Part shown: positions 34,072-44,515 of the stretch, piece after piece
Layout: each line of letters opens with the position of its first letter
Numbering within the stretch: position 1 is the stretch's first letter
Source: Firmicutes bacterium CAG:582
Lineage (GTDB): Bacteria > Bacillota_I > Bacilli_A > RF39 > UBA660
Length of the DNA stretch: 64,000 nt
Assembly (NCBI GenBank): GCA_000435515.1
Contig: FR884182.1
Span: 8,123-72,122 of the forward strand
Direction: 5' to 3'
Notes under the pieces: generated by a model
What the model saw: only the letters and a program-made list of their open reading frames with translations
What the model was told of the DNA's origin: nothing
Databases searched by the model: none
Program-made: the position numbers and the translations under genes

Positions 34072-34983
34072 CTACCTTACTTTTTTGTAATGTTTTTTAT
34101 CTTCATACATAGCTTCATCAGCTATTTTAGTTAAATCATTTAAACTTAAGTTTTTTTCTTTATAAGCAACCCCTATAGCGCAACTGTATTTGGTTTTATT
34201 CATTCTTTCTTTAAGTTTTTTTACAAATTCTTCAATTTCTAATTTATTTGTATTGTAACAAACAATTAAAAACTCGTCTCCTCCTACTCGATATAAACGC
34301 ATATCCTTTAAAATCATTTCTTTTATCAATTCTACTAAAGTCAAAATAGCCTTATCTCCCTCATAATGGCCTAAAGTGTCATTTATTATCTTCAAATTAT
34401 TTAAATCTATACTGATTATTGCATTAATTTGATTTCTGTTTTTATTTAAATCTCTTTTTAAAGGTTTTCTATTTAATGTATCTGTAAGTTCATCTTTTAT
34501 ATAGAAGTCGCATATTAAATATATAAAGTAAAATAATGTAAAGAAAGTGTTTCCTATATATAATTTATCTACTAAAAGGGAGATAATTAGAAAAATATAT
34601 AAAACAGCACGTATATTATTATCATATTTTGGGTTATTTAAATAACTATGTAACTCAATAGCAACTAAAAATACTATATAGCTAAAGAATACATCGGTTT
34701 TATTAAATATAAAATAGGAAATTATTAAAATAAAATTTGAAATAAAAATTAATTTTCTTGTTTTTATTGTATAAAAAGAATATAAGATAAAATTTAATAA
34801 ATATAAAAAACTAGTGAAATAAGCTCCATTTAAAAATAATAAAAACTCAAATACGTTAAGAAAAAACATAATATTAATAATCAATTTATTGGTTGTGTCC
34901 TTTAAATAAAAAATAAATGAATAATAGATAATCATTATAAAGATAAAAAAGACGAAATAATTATTTACAAATATATCAAACAT
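34072..34983 (-). CDS. Membrane-anchored diguanylate cyclase (GGDEF)
   Basis: About 5 N-terminal TM helices. DTLNRKPL, DLNNLKIINDTLGHYEGD, RVGGDEFLIV. Confidence 0.8.
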   Translation of the reverse strand: MFDIFVNNYFVFFIFIMIIYYSFIFYLKDTTNKLIINIMFFLNVFEFLLFLNGAYFTSFLYLLNFILYSFYTIKTRKLIFISNFILIISYFIFNKTDVFFSYIVFLVAIELHSYLNNPKYDNNIRAVLYIFLIISLLVDKLYIGNTFFTLFYFIYLICDFYIKDELTDTLNRKPLKRDLNKNRNQINAIISIDLNNLKIINDTLGHYEGDKAILTLVELIKEMILKDMRLYRVGGDEFLIVCYNTNKLEIEEFVKKLKERMNKTKYSCAIGVAYKEKNLSLNDLTKIADEAMYEDKKHYKKVR

Positions 34984-35024
34984 TTAATCACCCTAATTAA
35001 TAATATTAAAAAGGAAGCAAATAA

Positions 35025-36185
35025 TTACTTCCTTTCTAATAATTGTCTTTCGTATTCATAAGACGCTAACTTATTACTATATTGCAATTTACTTAGTTCC
35101 TCGTTTATTCCCATAATCCAATATTCTTTATCCTCTTCGGTAGTACAATTTTCTATTTCTTTCATATATTCAAATACTTGATTAAGCTCTTCCCCAAAGT
35201 AAAATTCAAATTCTTCTATATGATTTTTAAAATAATCATAAGTGTATGTTTTGCTTAACATTTCAGTTGCTTTTAAAAAATCTGCAATTTTATATTGCTC
35301 TAAACCGATACGCACCATTAAAGATGCAATATGTTCACGTTCTTCACTTGTTAAATCATCACTAATAAGTTCTCTTGTATATAAATTATAATATCTTTTG
35401 ATTTCTTTTAATATTTTTTTATATTCCTTATCGGTGATAAGATTATCTTTTAATTGATGGTTTTCCTTTTTTGAAGAATACACAAATGTATTATTAGTTC
35501 TTTTATTATATTTATCAGTTAATATTTTTCTTATTTCCTGAGCAAATATGTGTGATACACGTAATCTAATAAAACTTACGTAAACAACATCAATATCTTC
35601 TTTAGTAAATGTCTCTTTTTTGTCAAAATAACTTGATCTAATTTTTTTTACACAATCATTAATGTTCTTAAAATTGAAATAAACATTTAAATTCATACGA
35701 CAAACATCTTTTTCTAAGTCTTTGTTATTGCATACTATTTCATGAACGTTCCTTGGTTTACCATTACAAAATTCAGAAAAATCGTTTAAATCAAAATATT
35801 TTCCTAAAAATGTTTTAAGCATTATTACATAATCAAAAGTGTTAGTTTCATTATAATTAAACATTTTGTCAGGATAGTTTTCAACTAAATCAAGTAAAAA
35901 TTTAGAAATAACTCTTGGATCAAAAGGAGATTTTTTTAATTCATCTGAAAACATTTTAAACATATTAGTGCAACCAAAATAAACATTTTCATTTGTTTCC
36001 AAATAATCAGATAAAATAGATATTTCAAGGATTGATTTACTATAATCAATTCTTTCTTCATAGGTAAAATCTTGAATCTTTTTTATGGTATCTTCAATAT
36101 TATAATTTCCATTTTCATCATTAAATGCTAAATTAAAGCTTCTTCTATGAAAATATTTTATTATTTGTTCAGTTCTCTTCTTCAT
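35025..36185 (-). CDS. Hypothetical cytoplasmic protein, paralog B
   Basis: 386 aa. Shares long collinear similarity with the upstream ORF (KEIKRYYN, EEREHIASLMVRIGLEQY, TYTYDYFKNHIEEFEFYF, EDKEYWIMGINEEL). No recognisable catalytic motif. Confidence 0.45.
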   Translation of the reverse strand: MKKRTEQIIKYFHRRSFNLAFNDENGNYNIEDTIKKIQDFTYEERIDYSKSILEISILSDYLETNENVYFGCTNMFKMFSDELKKSPFDPRVISKFLLDLVENYPDKMFNYNETNTFDYVIMLKTFLGKYFDLNDFSEFCNGKPRNVHEIVCNNKDLEKDVCRMNLNVYFNFKNINDCVKKIRSSYFDKKETFTKEDIDVVYVSFIRLRVSHIFAQEIRKILTDKYNKRTNNTFVYSSKKENHQLKDNLITDKEYKKILKEIKRYYNLYTRELISDDLTSEEREHIASLMVRIGLEQYKIADFLKATEMLSKTYTYDYFKNHIEEFEFYFGEELNQVFEYMKEIENCTTEEDKEYWIMGINEELSKLQYSNKLASYEYERQLLERK

Positions 36186-37341
36186 TTTTATAACCTTTCC
36201 TTTTTATTAATTCTATTTCATATTCATAACTATATAATTTTCCATCAAGAGGTAAATTTTTAAGTTCTTCATTTATACCAGTTATCCAAAAGTTTTTATC
36301 TTCAGCTGTATCACTTTTTTTTATTTCTTCTAAATACTCATTAATGGTATCTAAAAAATCTTTATAATAAAATTCAAACTCGGCAGTATGATTTTTGAAA
36401 TATTCATATGTATATGTTTTATCTGTTAAAGATGTTTTATTTAAAAAATCTATTATTTGATATTGTTCTAAACCGATATGGATCATCAAAGATGCTATAT
36501 ATTCGCGTTGTTCATCGGTTATATCATTCATAACCAGTTCTCCGGTATTTGGATTATAATATTTTTTTATTTCTTTTAATACATGTTTATAGTCTTTATC
36601 ACTTATGTATTTACTTGATTTGCTGAAGTTATTAGTATTTCTTATAGCATCTTTGTGTTCGTCTACTTTACAGTTATCTTGCGCTAACATAACATTTCTC
36701 TTTATTAAAGTCTTATAAACTATATTACTAATTTTTAATGATACTCCAGATAAAAATAAAGTAACAGCAATATCATTTATATCATCACTGTTTAATCTCT
36801 CCAGTTTAGAAATACGTTTTTCTCTTATTTCTCGGCAATTATTTATAATTGAATCTAAATCGAATAAGACAAAATCTGTTATATCTTTGTTATTTTCAAG
36901 AGCCATAAAGAATGGATTCCCGTCCATATTTAAAAGACTATAGAAACATAGTGGAGATATTTTCTTGTTTTCTTTTATAAAATAAGTGTCAAAAAAGTCA
37001 ATATAATTTAAATCATCTTTCTTATCTGGATTATCTTGCAATTGGGAATATTGTTCAACCAATTCTAGCATGAAATCGGTTACAATTTCCTCATCATAAT
37101 CAATCGTATTAAAGTATTCTGAAAATCTTTTGAACATATTTGTAGTTATCAATATCGCATTTTGTTGTTGAGTTAAAAAATTATATAAAAATAAAGGAAG
37201 AACACGATCTCTAACGAAATCATTTTTTTCATCATTCATTAAGTATTTAGCTCCAATTTCCCCACTAGGATTTTTATCTACAATTAATACCTGTTTTTCA
37301 TTTCTTAAATAATTAACTACTTTAACAATACACTTTTTCAA
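36169..37341 (-). CDS. Hypothetical cytoplasmic protein, paralog A
   Basis: Preferred start is TTG at 37341 after GGAGGGG (MKKCIVKVVNYL). KEIKKYYN, EQREYIASLMIHIGLEQY, TYTYEYFKNHTAEFEFYY, EDKNFWITGINEEL. 17-nt overlap with paralog B. Confidence 0.45.
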   Translation of the reverse strand: MKKCIVKVVNYLRNEKQVLIVDKNPSGEIGAKYLMNDEKNDFVRDRVLPLFLYNFLTQQQNAILITTNMFKRFSEYFNTIDYDEEIVTDFMLELVEQYSQLQDNPDKKDDLNYIDFFDTYFIKENKKISPLCFYSLLNMDGNPFFMALENNKDITDFVLFDLDSIINNCREIREKRISKLERLNSDDINDIAVTLFLSGVSLKISNIVYKTLIKRNVMLAQDNCKVDEHKDAIRNTNNFSKSSKYISDKDYKHVLKEIKKYYNPNTGELVMNDITDEQREYIASLMIHIGLEQYQIIDFLNKTSLTDKTYTYEYFKNHTAEFEFYYKDFLDTINEYLEEIKKSDTAEDKNFWITGINEELKNLPLDGKLYSYEYEIELIKRKGYKNEEEN

Positions 37342-37410
37342 ATTTACCCCTCCGCAACATGAAGTGTATTGTATCAAATTAATAATTCTTAGTCAAATTT
37401 TAACTTTTTT

Positions 37411-37959
37411 TTATAAAATGTTTGTAAGCAGAATCTTGATTCCTAGAGATATTAAAATAATTCCTCCAATTGTTTTTGATATAGAGGAATATTTGCTACC
37501 TATTTTTGATCCTAATATACATCCTATATATGTTGTAATGAATGTTATACTGAAATTTAAGATAGACGATAAAATAATATTAAGATTTAAAAGAGCATAG
37601 GAAATACCAACTGAAAAAGCATCCATGCTTATAGAAACTGATAAAAGAAACATAATTTTAAAACCAAGAGAATCATTTAATTGAACTACGTCGTCTTTTT
37701 CTCTTATCATACTTATTCCTAAAAATGAAAGAATAAAAAACGAAATATAATAAGCAACACTGAAAAGTTTCATAGAAATTATATTACCAAGATAATACCC
37801 TAGTATTGGCATGATTGTTTGAAATATTGAAAACCAAATTGAAGTTATTATAGAGCTTTTGTATAAATTATTATTAAACTCAATTCCTTTACATAAGGAT
37901 GTTGCAAAAGAATCCATGCTTAGAGAAAAAGATAAGACAATTAATTCAATTATATTCAC
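37411..37959 (-). CDS. mntP: Manganese efflux pump MntP
   Basis: 182 aa, 6 TM. Duplicated S(M/I)D(S/A)F(A/S) motifs (LSMDSFATS, ISMDAFSVG). Confidence 0.75.
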   Translation of the reverse strand: MNIIELIVLSFSLSMDSFATSLCKGIEFNNNLYKSSIITSIWFSIFQTIMPILGYYLGNIISMKLFSVAYYISFFILSFLGISMIREKDDVVQLNDSLGFKIMFLLSVSISMDAFSVGISYALLNLNIILSSILNFSITFITTYIGCILGSKIGSKYSSISKTIGGIILISLGIKILLTNIL

Positions 37960-38009
37960 AAATTATCACCTATAAAAATATATTCTTAAATAAAAAAAGT
38001 AGTATAAAA

Positions 38010-38519
38010 CTACTTACTTAATTTAAAATCTTCTAAAGTAAATTCACTTTCTGATTTATAACCGGTTAATTTTTTTAAATTCGTTATTTCTTTAACTGTA
38101 ACTAAATAGTTGAATGTTGTTAAAGTTGAAGTTATAACTGCTAGAGAAAAGAAAATGATGCTCATAAGAAATAGAAAATAATTTCCGATAAAGAATGTTA
38201 GGCATATAAGTGTACCAAATCCAATTATAGCGATAAGATTAACTAACAATACTGCTAATCTTTCTTTATAATTGCTTTCATATTCATCAATTTTTCTTTG
38301 AATATTTATTTTGTTTTGAACAACAGCTTTATTTAATTTTGAAATATTACTTTTAGTATTTTTTACAATTCTATAATCTCCAGTTGAAGAAAATATTTTT
38401 ATTTTATCATCTTCAATTTTATATTCAACTATATATTTTTTATATCTTTTGTTAAAGAAATTTTGATATTTTTCTTTTAACTTATTTAGTTTTACTTTGA
38501 TTATTTCTACTATTTTCAA
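38010..38519 (-). CDS. Hypothetical membrane protein (2 TM)
   Basis: 169 aa. Hydrophobic LVNLIAIIGFGTLICLTFFIGNYFLFLMSIIFFSLAVI. Confidence 0.4.
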   Translation of the reverse strand: MKIVEIIKVKLNKLKEKYQNFFNKRYKKYIVEYKIEDDKIKIFSSTGDYRIVKNTKSNISKLNKAVVQNKINIQRKIDEYESNYKERLAVLLVNLIAIIGFGTLICLTFFIGNYFLFLMSIIFFSLAVITSTLTTFNYLVTVKEITNLKKLTGYKSESEFTLEDFKLSK

Positions 38520-38595
38520 GTTTACCCCTCCTCATTAATTGTTCTATATAATAACACATATTAAAAAGTTATTCAAGAACATAGAATTAATGCAT

Positions 38596-38621
38596 GAAAA
38601 AAGAGATGAAAATTCATCTCT
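38596..38621 (-). terminator. Rho-independent terminator after the giant surface protein gene
   Basis: Minus strand reads AGAGATGA-ATTT-TCATCTCT followed by TTTTTTC. Confidence 0.7.
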
Positions 38622-41600
38622 TTAACTTAATGACATTAGAGTAATACGTGCGTATCCATTGCCAGATTGAACACCTGAACCCGGAGTATTGCTTAATGCA
38701 TAAGCGGGGTTGATATAATTGCTTCCACCTGTTGATGCATGATTTGTTTGACCACAACTCAATGAATAGAATGTTTTATAGTATGTATGATTGCTTGTGT
38801 ATAGGTTTGATGGAACTTGGTTTCCTACACCAACGGCACCGGCTGTTGATTTTCCACAACTTCCACAAAAGTTTACCCAAACACGATCATACCATTCTTT
38901 TCCGACATCAGTAGATGAATCTCCACAAGCTGAATGATGTGTATCATAAAATTGCGTATAGATATGTGCACTTCTACCACAAACTGGACAGTTGAATACA
39001 CCATTATCAACAGGAGAACCTGATTTATTATAAGTGACTGTACAAGTGAATGGTAGTGAGGCACTGTTGGTATAGCAACCATTGCTTGTTGAATAATAAG
39101 TCGTATTATTTGTTGTATAAGCATAACCTGAATGGATATGTGCGTGTCCGCTTTGTCCACCAGACCCACCGGCTCCTCCACCTGCATGTCCGGCTTGTCC
39201 TGCATTTCCTGATATATTTCCGGCTGTGCTACCACCGACACCTCCAGCTTGAGCTGATGTGGCTCCACCGCCTCCACCAGCAATCAAAAGAGTACCTTTA
39301 GTATTGGAATTTATGTAAGTCATTCCTCCACCAACTCCATATGCAGTAGCGCTTCCACCACTATTGTAACCATTTTGTCCTCCAGTTACTATAGTTAATG
39401 CTTCTCCTTTTGATAAGGTAAATGTTCCAGTCATGGAACCACCTTTACCTCCTAAAAGAGATCCATAATTTCCACCTTGGGCTCCCCACGTCTCTAATTT
39501 ATATGTTCCAGCACATGGTGTTGAGAAACTTTGTGATCCACCAGTATACCCATAATTCCATGTTTGACCAATGTTATATGGACATAAAGCAGCAGTTTTG
39601 ATTGTACATGTACTTCCTTGAGCATTACTATTGTTGTTTATGGTTATTGTTTGACTTCCTGTTGCACTTGTTCCGGTTGTTAATCCGCTTATTGTATATC
39701 CATTTGTACAACTTGCTGATTCTATGTAATAGTTGTTTGATGGTGTTATTGTTACTTTTCCACTTCCAGCATAATTTATGTTTAATGATGTTGGATTTAT
39801 TGTTACATTACTTCCATTTACACTTACTCCATAACTATTTACTTCCCATACAGCATACATTGTTGTTGTTTTATTTAAGTAGTAGTTATATGATAAGGCA
39901 TATTTTGTTCCGCTTAAACTTCCTTCTGCCCAACTTTTTAATGTATATCCTGTTTTACTGACATTATTTGGTAACACATATAAATGGTTAGATGCTCCAT
40001 TTATACTATTATAGTATTGTGTTGTTGTTTGGGTTTCTGGTTGTGGACTTCCTCCACCTACATTATAGCTTAAGCTTATTGTTCGTTTATATACTGAATT
40101 TAAATTTAATGAATTTTTTAGATTTATCGTTGCACCTATTTTATAAGTTGCATCTGCTTCTCCTCTTGTTCCATCTGCTCTCCATCCTAATGCTGTATAT
40201 GTGCTTATTGCATCTGGTGTAGGTATTGTATATTTTGGTATTGTTTCATGATCTCCTACATCACTTGTTATATATTCTACTGTATTTGTATTTGTTTTTA
40301 TCGTATTACTTGCTCCTGTATGATAGTTTAAACTTACACTTCTTACATAATGTGCATAGTATGTTGTATTTTCACTTATTTTCATATTCGCATTTGTTGC
40401 TGTATATTTATTTGAACTCCACTCACTAAAAGCTGTTTCTTTATACATGTATGGTGTTAATGGTACTGTAACTGTACACTCACTTGCACCATTATATAAA
40501 ATACATGAGCTTGTTAACACATCTATTTCTGATTCATTTCCATAATAGAATGTTCCTACTATTTGTTGTTTCTTTCGTGTTACTGAATAGAATATTTGAT
40601 CACTTGCTATATCATAATAGAAATTGTTTGCTGCTATAACATTTGTTCCTCCTTGTGTTGTATCCCAACCATCCATTATATATCCACTTTTTGGTATTAC
40701 TGTGCCAGTTTCTATTTTACATGTTGCATCATTGTTGTATTTATTACATGTTGTCTCACTTAATTTGTTTTCTCCTGCATTTGTATCTACCAATATCCAT
40801 TTTGCTTTTACTTCCTTTTTATAGATTGCATATAAAGTTATATCATGGCTTGGCATTTTGATTTCACTTTGTCCGACTGTTGCAGTTTTATTTTCATTCC
40901 ATCCAACAAATGTATATCCTTCTTTTATTCCTCTTGGAGTTAAATCAATATTATTTCCAAATGTTTCTTCTTCTACATGGCTTGTTACACTTGTTCCTCC
41001 ATTGGTGCTATAATCGTACGTTATGTTGTAGGTATTTGCTTTCCATACAGCTATGGCTTCCGTTGTTTTATTTATACTTATTGTACTTCCGTTTTTATAT
41101 GTTTTATTATTTATTGACCATCCACTTAACTTATTTCCTTCTAAGCTTGTTACTCCATTTATTACTACATCTATGGACTTTTCTATGTTTGCTTCCGTTG
41201 TATTATAATAAACTTTCTTTGTTGTTGGAGTTATTTTTTCTTTTCCTCCGTTTTCATTATATATTAAGCTTATATCTTTTTTATAAACTCCGTTATATGT
41301 TTGATCTTCATATACTTTTATTATTTCTCCAAAACTATATGTTTTTCCTTCTGCCAATGAGTCTATTCTCCAGCCATCAGTTACGTATCCACTTATAGCA
41401 TCTGGTGTATCAAGTTCAACATCTACTCCTAGGTTTGTTTTTCCACTTGTATTTGTTAAAATTTTGTCTTTATATATTTCACTTGATGTTACACTTCCAA
41501 AAACTCCACTTTTATAGTTTATTGTTAGTAGTTTTTCGTATACTGCATAATATGCTTTATTTTGGCTATTTTGTTGTTTAGTTTCAATTTTTATTGTATC

Positions 41601-44387
41601 TGGACTTCCACTCCAACCAACAAGTATTCCCCCATTTGTTGTTATATTTGCTATTCCACTTTCTGTCTCACATGTTTGTTCTCCATTATACTTATTACAA
41701 CTTTTTTCTACTTTTTTTCGCGTTTCTCCATCATAATAATTATAAGTTACTTTTACAGCATCATCATTTCTTATTACGGCATACATCGTTGTATTTTGGC
41801 TTAAGCTTACTTTTTCACCTTCGTTATATTCTCCTTCATGGGATTTTTCGTCTCTATTCCATCCTAAGAATGTGTAATTTTTTCCAACTTTTATTAATGT
41901 TGCTAAACTTACTTCTGCTGATGTTGCTTTATTATAAATTGTATATTTTTCTTGTTTTGAATTTGATAAGACATATGCATTTTCATCTCTTATTTTATAG
42001 TTTACTGTTATTGTCTTTTTAAACAGTGCATATAATCGTACCTCTTTTACATTTTCTTCTGGTATGTATGCTTCTATTGCTACTCCTGGTGAGTCAGCAT
42101 ATAAGCTCCATCCAATAAACTCCCATCCTGGTTTATATGCTTTTATTTCTTTTAAGTTTATTTCTTCGTCTCCTTGATAATATACAATTGAACTTTTATC
42201 TGCTCTTATTCCACCATTTTCTTGATAATCTAATATTATTCTGCTTCCATTTATCGTCCATTCAGCCGTTACTTTTGTGTTCTTTGATATTTTAACCATA
42301 CTTCCTGCTTGATATTTTGTTCCACCTATATTCCAACTTTCAAATATATGGTTTTTCTTTTTTATTTTTAATCCATCGTCTAGTTTTATTTCTGCCTCTT
42401 TTTCCTTTTTACTACCAGCGTTATAATATATGCTTGCTGTTTGCTCGGCCGGAATATTGCTTTCATCTTCTCCAGATTCGTATGTTAATTTTACTTTTCT
42501 TTCATATATACCATTATATGTTTTATTTTCTTTGCTTCCTTGTTTTCCTTCTTTTATTTCCGCATCTTCATTTTCTAAATCTTCTCGATATCCTTTAAAC
42601 GTATATCCTTCTTTATCATTAAAAGTGGGTATCATCTTTTCTTCTTGTATTACTTTTATTCCTTCTCTTGTTGTTTCATACCATGTTTTTACCTTTACGT
42701 TTTCTGTTTTACTTGCTCCTACATAGCTTAGAGTTGATTCTTTTTCATAGTATGCGTAATATTGTTCTCCTTTGCTTATCTCAAAGTTTTCTTCTTTTAC
42801 TGGTGTTTCACTTTCTTTAGTATATCCACTTAAAAGTATTCCTTCATATGGCTTACTTACTAAACTGCTTACATCTATTTGACAACTACTTTCTCCATTA
42901 TATTTGTAACATTTTAAAACATTTTCTTCTGGACTTGTTCCATTATATGTTATAAATGTTGCACTTATAGCTGTCTTTTCATATGTTACCGAATAGTATT
43001 TTTCATCCTTATTGATTTCTATCTTTTCTTTTCCAACATATTCAGCTGTTTTACTTCTTTCTGTTTTACTCCAGCCAACTGCTTTATATCCCATCTTGGC
43101 ACTTATACTTGGTATTTCTATTGTACAACCTGTTTCATTTCCATATAGGGTACATGTTTTTTTTGCTTCTTCACTTACTGCGGGAACTTTTTCTCCGTTT
43201 TTTGTTACTATAAATTCAGCAGTTACTTCTTTTTTGTAAATCGCATATAGTGTTATATCTTCTGTTATCTTTTTTGTTTGAAGCCCAACATGCGCATCTT
43301 TATCTATATTCCATCCAACAAATGTATAGCCTTCCTTTTTTGCTTCTACGTTTAAGTCAGCTAACCCATTATAGCTTACTTCTCCTGTCTCTTTAGTTGC
43401 TGTTGTTCCTCCATTTGTCCAGTAGTCATATGTTACCTTATTTTTTCTTATTTCAACATTTGTTGTTTCTCGTGTTACTATTCCACTTCCACTTGTTGCT
43501 ATTATTTCAATCTCTGCTTCTCCATTTTTTAACTCTGACATATCATTTATCAACTGTTTTTCATCTTCTTGGGTTGATAAATATTGTAGTGTTCCTCCAG
43601 ATACTCCATATTTTACTTCAAACAAGTCTCCTAACGACTTACTTTTTCCTTCTACTATTTCTATATTTTCTTGATTCTTTGTTATCTTTATTGGCTCTTT
43701 ATCTACTTTTACAGTTTCTTCATCGCATTCTATTTTACTACTTCCATTTTTGTCACTTGCTTCGATACATATTTTTTGAGCACTGGCATTTGTTTCATAT
43801 TCTATTTCTACAATATTTTCTGTTCCTTTTACTGTTAGTTCTTTATTTGGTGTACAACTTTCTTGGATTGTTGTACAATATTTTGCCTCTTCTATCGCAT
43901 TTTCTGATTGAACACTTGCATATCTTATGGCTTTTCTTTTATATTCGTTAGACCCTTCTGTATATAGTCCTGTATATCTTATTTTTATATCTTTATTTTT
44001 ACATGTTATTAAATCATAGTCGCTTTTCTTTGCTCCTCTTATACTTGCTCGATATTCATATGCTACATCTATTTCCGGAAACTCGTTTCTTTCGGTTGTA
44101 CTTTTATTACTGAATACTTCTGTTGTTTTATAATATATATCTCCTATCATCATGATATTATATATTTTTACATCTTTTCCGTCTTCTATACTTCTTGCTG
44201 CTTCTGCAAAATCCTCTAAACTTGGTGAGTATCCATTATCTACATTAAATATATAGTCTCCTACTACAAAACTTTGGACTATTTTTCTATCTTTATATTC
44301 ATCATAAGATATCTCACATGCTTTTGCATCTGAGATCATAAGTATATTCATTATTATCATTACTAGTATACTTACTGCCTTCTTCAT
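38622..44387 (-). CDS. Giant secreted protein: about 15 Flg_new (Listeria-Bacteroides) repeats plus C-terminal glycine-rich (Gly_rich-type) domain with Cys clusters
   Basis: 1921 aa. Signal peptide MKKAVSILVMIIMNILMISDAKA. Recurring GYTF(V/K)GW...LYA(I/V)YKK units. C-terminus YKLETWGAQGGNYGSLLGGKGGSMTGTFTLSKGEALTIVTGGQNG...IAGGGGGA...GGAGGSGGQSG, then CPVCGRSAH / CGSCGKS. Confidence 0.8.
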   Translation of the reverse strand: MKKAVSILVMIIMNILMISDAKACEISYDEYKDRKIVQSFVVGDYIFNVDNGYSPSLEDFAEAARSIEDGKDVKIYNIMMIGDIYYKTTEVFSNKSTTERNEFPEIDVAYEYRASIRGAKKSDYDLITCKNKDIKIRYTGLYTEGSNEYKRKAIRYASVQSENAIEEAKYCTTIQESCTPNKELTVKGTENIVEIEYETNASAQKICIEASDKNGSSKIECDEETVKVDKEPIKITKNQENIEIVEGKSKSLGDLFEVKYGVSGGTLQYLSTQEDEKQLINDMSELKNGEAEIEIIATSGSGIVTRETTNVEIRKNKVTYDYWTNGGTTATKETGEVSYNGLADLNVEAKKEGYTFVGWNIDKDAHVGLQTKKITEDITLYAIYKKEVTAEFIVTKNGEKVPAVSEEAKKTCTLYGNETGCTIEIPSISAKMGYKAVGWSKTERSKTAEYVGKEKIEINKDEKYYSVTYEKTAISATFITYNGTSPEENVLKCYKYNGESSCQIDVSSLVSKPYEGILLSGYTKESETPVKEENFEISKGEQYYAYYEKESTLSYVGASKTENVKVKTWYETTREGIKVIQEEKMIPTFNDKEGYTFKGYREDLENEDAEIKEGKQGSKENKTYNGIYERKVKLTYESGEDESNIPAEQTASIYYNAGSKKEKEAEIKLDDGLKIKKKNHIFESWNIGGTKYQAGSMVKISKNTKVTAEWTINGSRIILDYQENGGIRADKSSIVYYQGDEEINLKEIKAYKPGWEFIGWSLYADSPGVAIEAYIPEENVKEVRLYALFKKTITVNYKIRDENAYVLSNSKQEKYTIYNKATSAEVSLATLIKVGKNYTFLGWNRDEKSHEGEYNEGEKVSLSQNTTMYAVIRNDDAVKVTYNYYDGETRKKVEKSCNKYNGEQTCETESGIANITTNGGILVGWSGSPDTIKIETKQQNSQNKAYYAVYEKLLTINYKSGVFGSVTSSEIYKDKILTNTSGKTNLGVDVELDTPDAISGYVTDGWRIDSLAEGKTYSFGEIIKVYEDQTYNGVYKKDISLIYNENGGKEKITPTTKKVYYNTTEANIEKSIDVVINGVTSLEGNKLSGWSINNKTYKNGSTISINKTTEAIAVWKANTYNITYDYSTNGGTSVTSHVEEETFGNNIDLTPRGIKEGYTFVGWNENKTATVGQSEIKMPSHDITLYAIYKKEVKAKWILVDTNAGENKLSETTCNKYNNDATCKIETGTVIPKSGYIMDGWDTTQGGTNVIAANNFYYDIASDQIFYSVTRKKQQIVGTFYYGNESEIDVLTSSCILYNGASECTVTVPLTPYMYKETAFSEWSSNKYTATNANMKISENTTYYAHYVRSVSLNYHTGASNTIKTNTNTVEYITSDVGDHETIPKYTIPTPDAISTYTALGWRADGTRGEADATYKIGATINLKNSLNLNSVYKRTISLSYNVGGGSPQPETQTTTQYYNSINGASNHLYVLPNNVSKTGYTLKSWAEGSLSGTKYALSYNYYLNKTTTMYAVWEVNSYGVSVNGSNVTINPTSLNINYAGSGKVTITPSNNYYIESASCTNGYTISGLTTGTSATGSQTITINNNSNAQGSTCTIKTAALCPYNIGQTWNYGYTGGSQSFSTPCAGTYKLETWGAQGGNYGSLLGGKGGSMTGTFTLSKGEALTIVTGGQNGYNSGGSATAYGVGGGMTYINSNTKGTLLIAGGGGGATSAQAGGVGGSTAGNISGNAGQAGHAGGGAGGSGGQSGHAHIHSGYAYTTNNTTYYSTSNGCYTNSASLPFTCTVTYNKSGSPVDNGVFNCPVCGRSAHIYTQFYDTHHSACGDSSTDVGKEWYDRVWVNFCGSCGKSTAGAVGVGNQVPSNLYTSNHTYYKTFYSLSCGQTNHASTGGSNYINPAYALSNTPGSGVQSGNGYARITLMSLS

Positions 44388-44481
44388 ACTTTCTCCTTAA
44401 TATTATTTTCGTCTATTTCCTTTATCTTTATACTATATAAGTATATCACAACTACAAATGTTTCTTCAATAATTTAGAAAT

Positions 44482-44515
44482 AAAAAAAAAGGAAAAACCT
44501 ATACTATAGGTTTCC
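44482..44515 (-). terminator. Rho-independent terminator after 44504-45226
   Basis: GGAAACCTATA/TATAGGTTTTTCC hairpin followed by a T9 run on the minus strand. It overlaps the stop codon. Confidence 0.55.

Noticed and set aside
37960-38009. Possible Mn2+ (yybP-ykoY) riboswitch upstream of mntP
   Set aside because: Only about 50 nt separate mntP from the upstream ORF, and I see no conserved GGGGAGUAG-type core. There is not enough room or evidence.
38732-43951. Many plus-strand ORFs of 60-184 aa rich in L/F/H/Y inside the giant surface-protein gene
   Set aside because: They are antisense frames of a long K/E/T/G-rich minus-strand gene, and they are low-complexity with no RBSs. The periodicity seen here comes from the Flg_new protein-domain repeats. 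It is not a CRISPR array or DNA tandem repeat.
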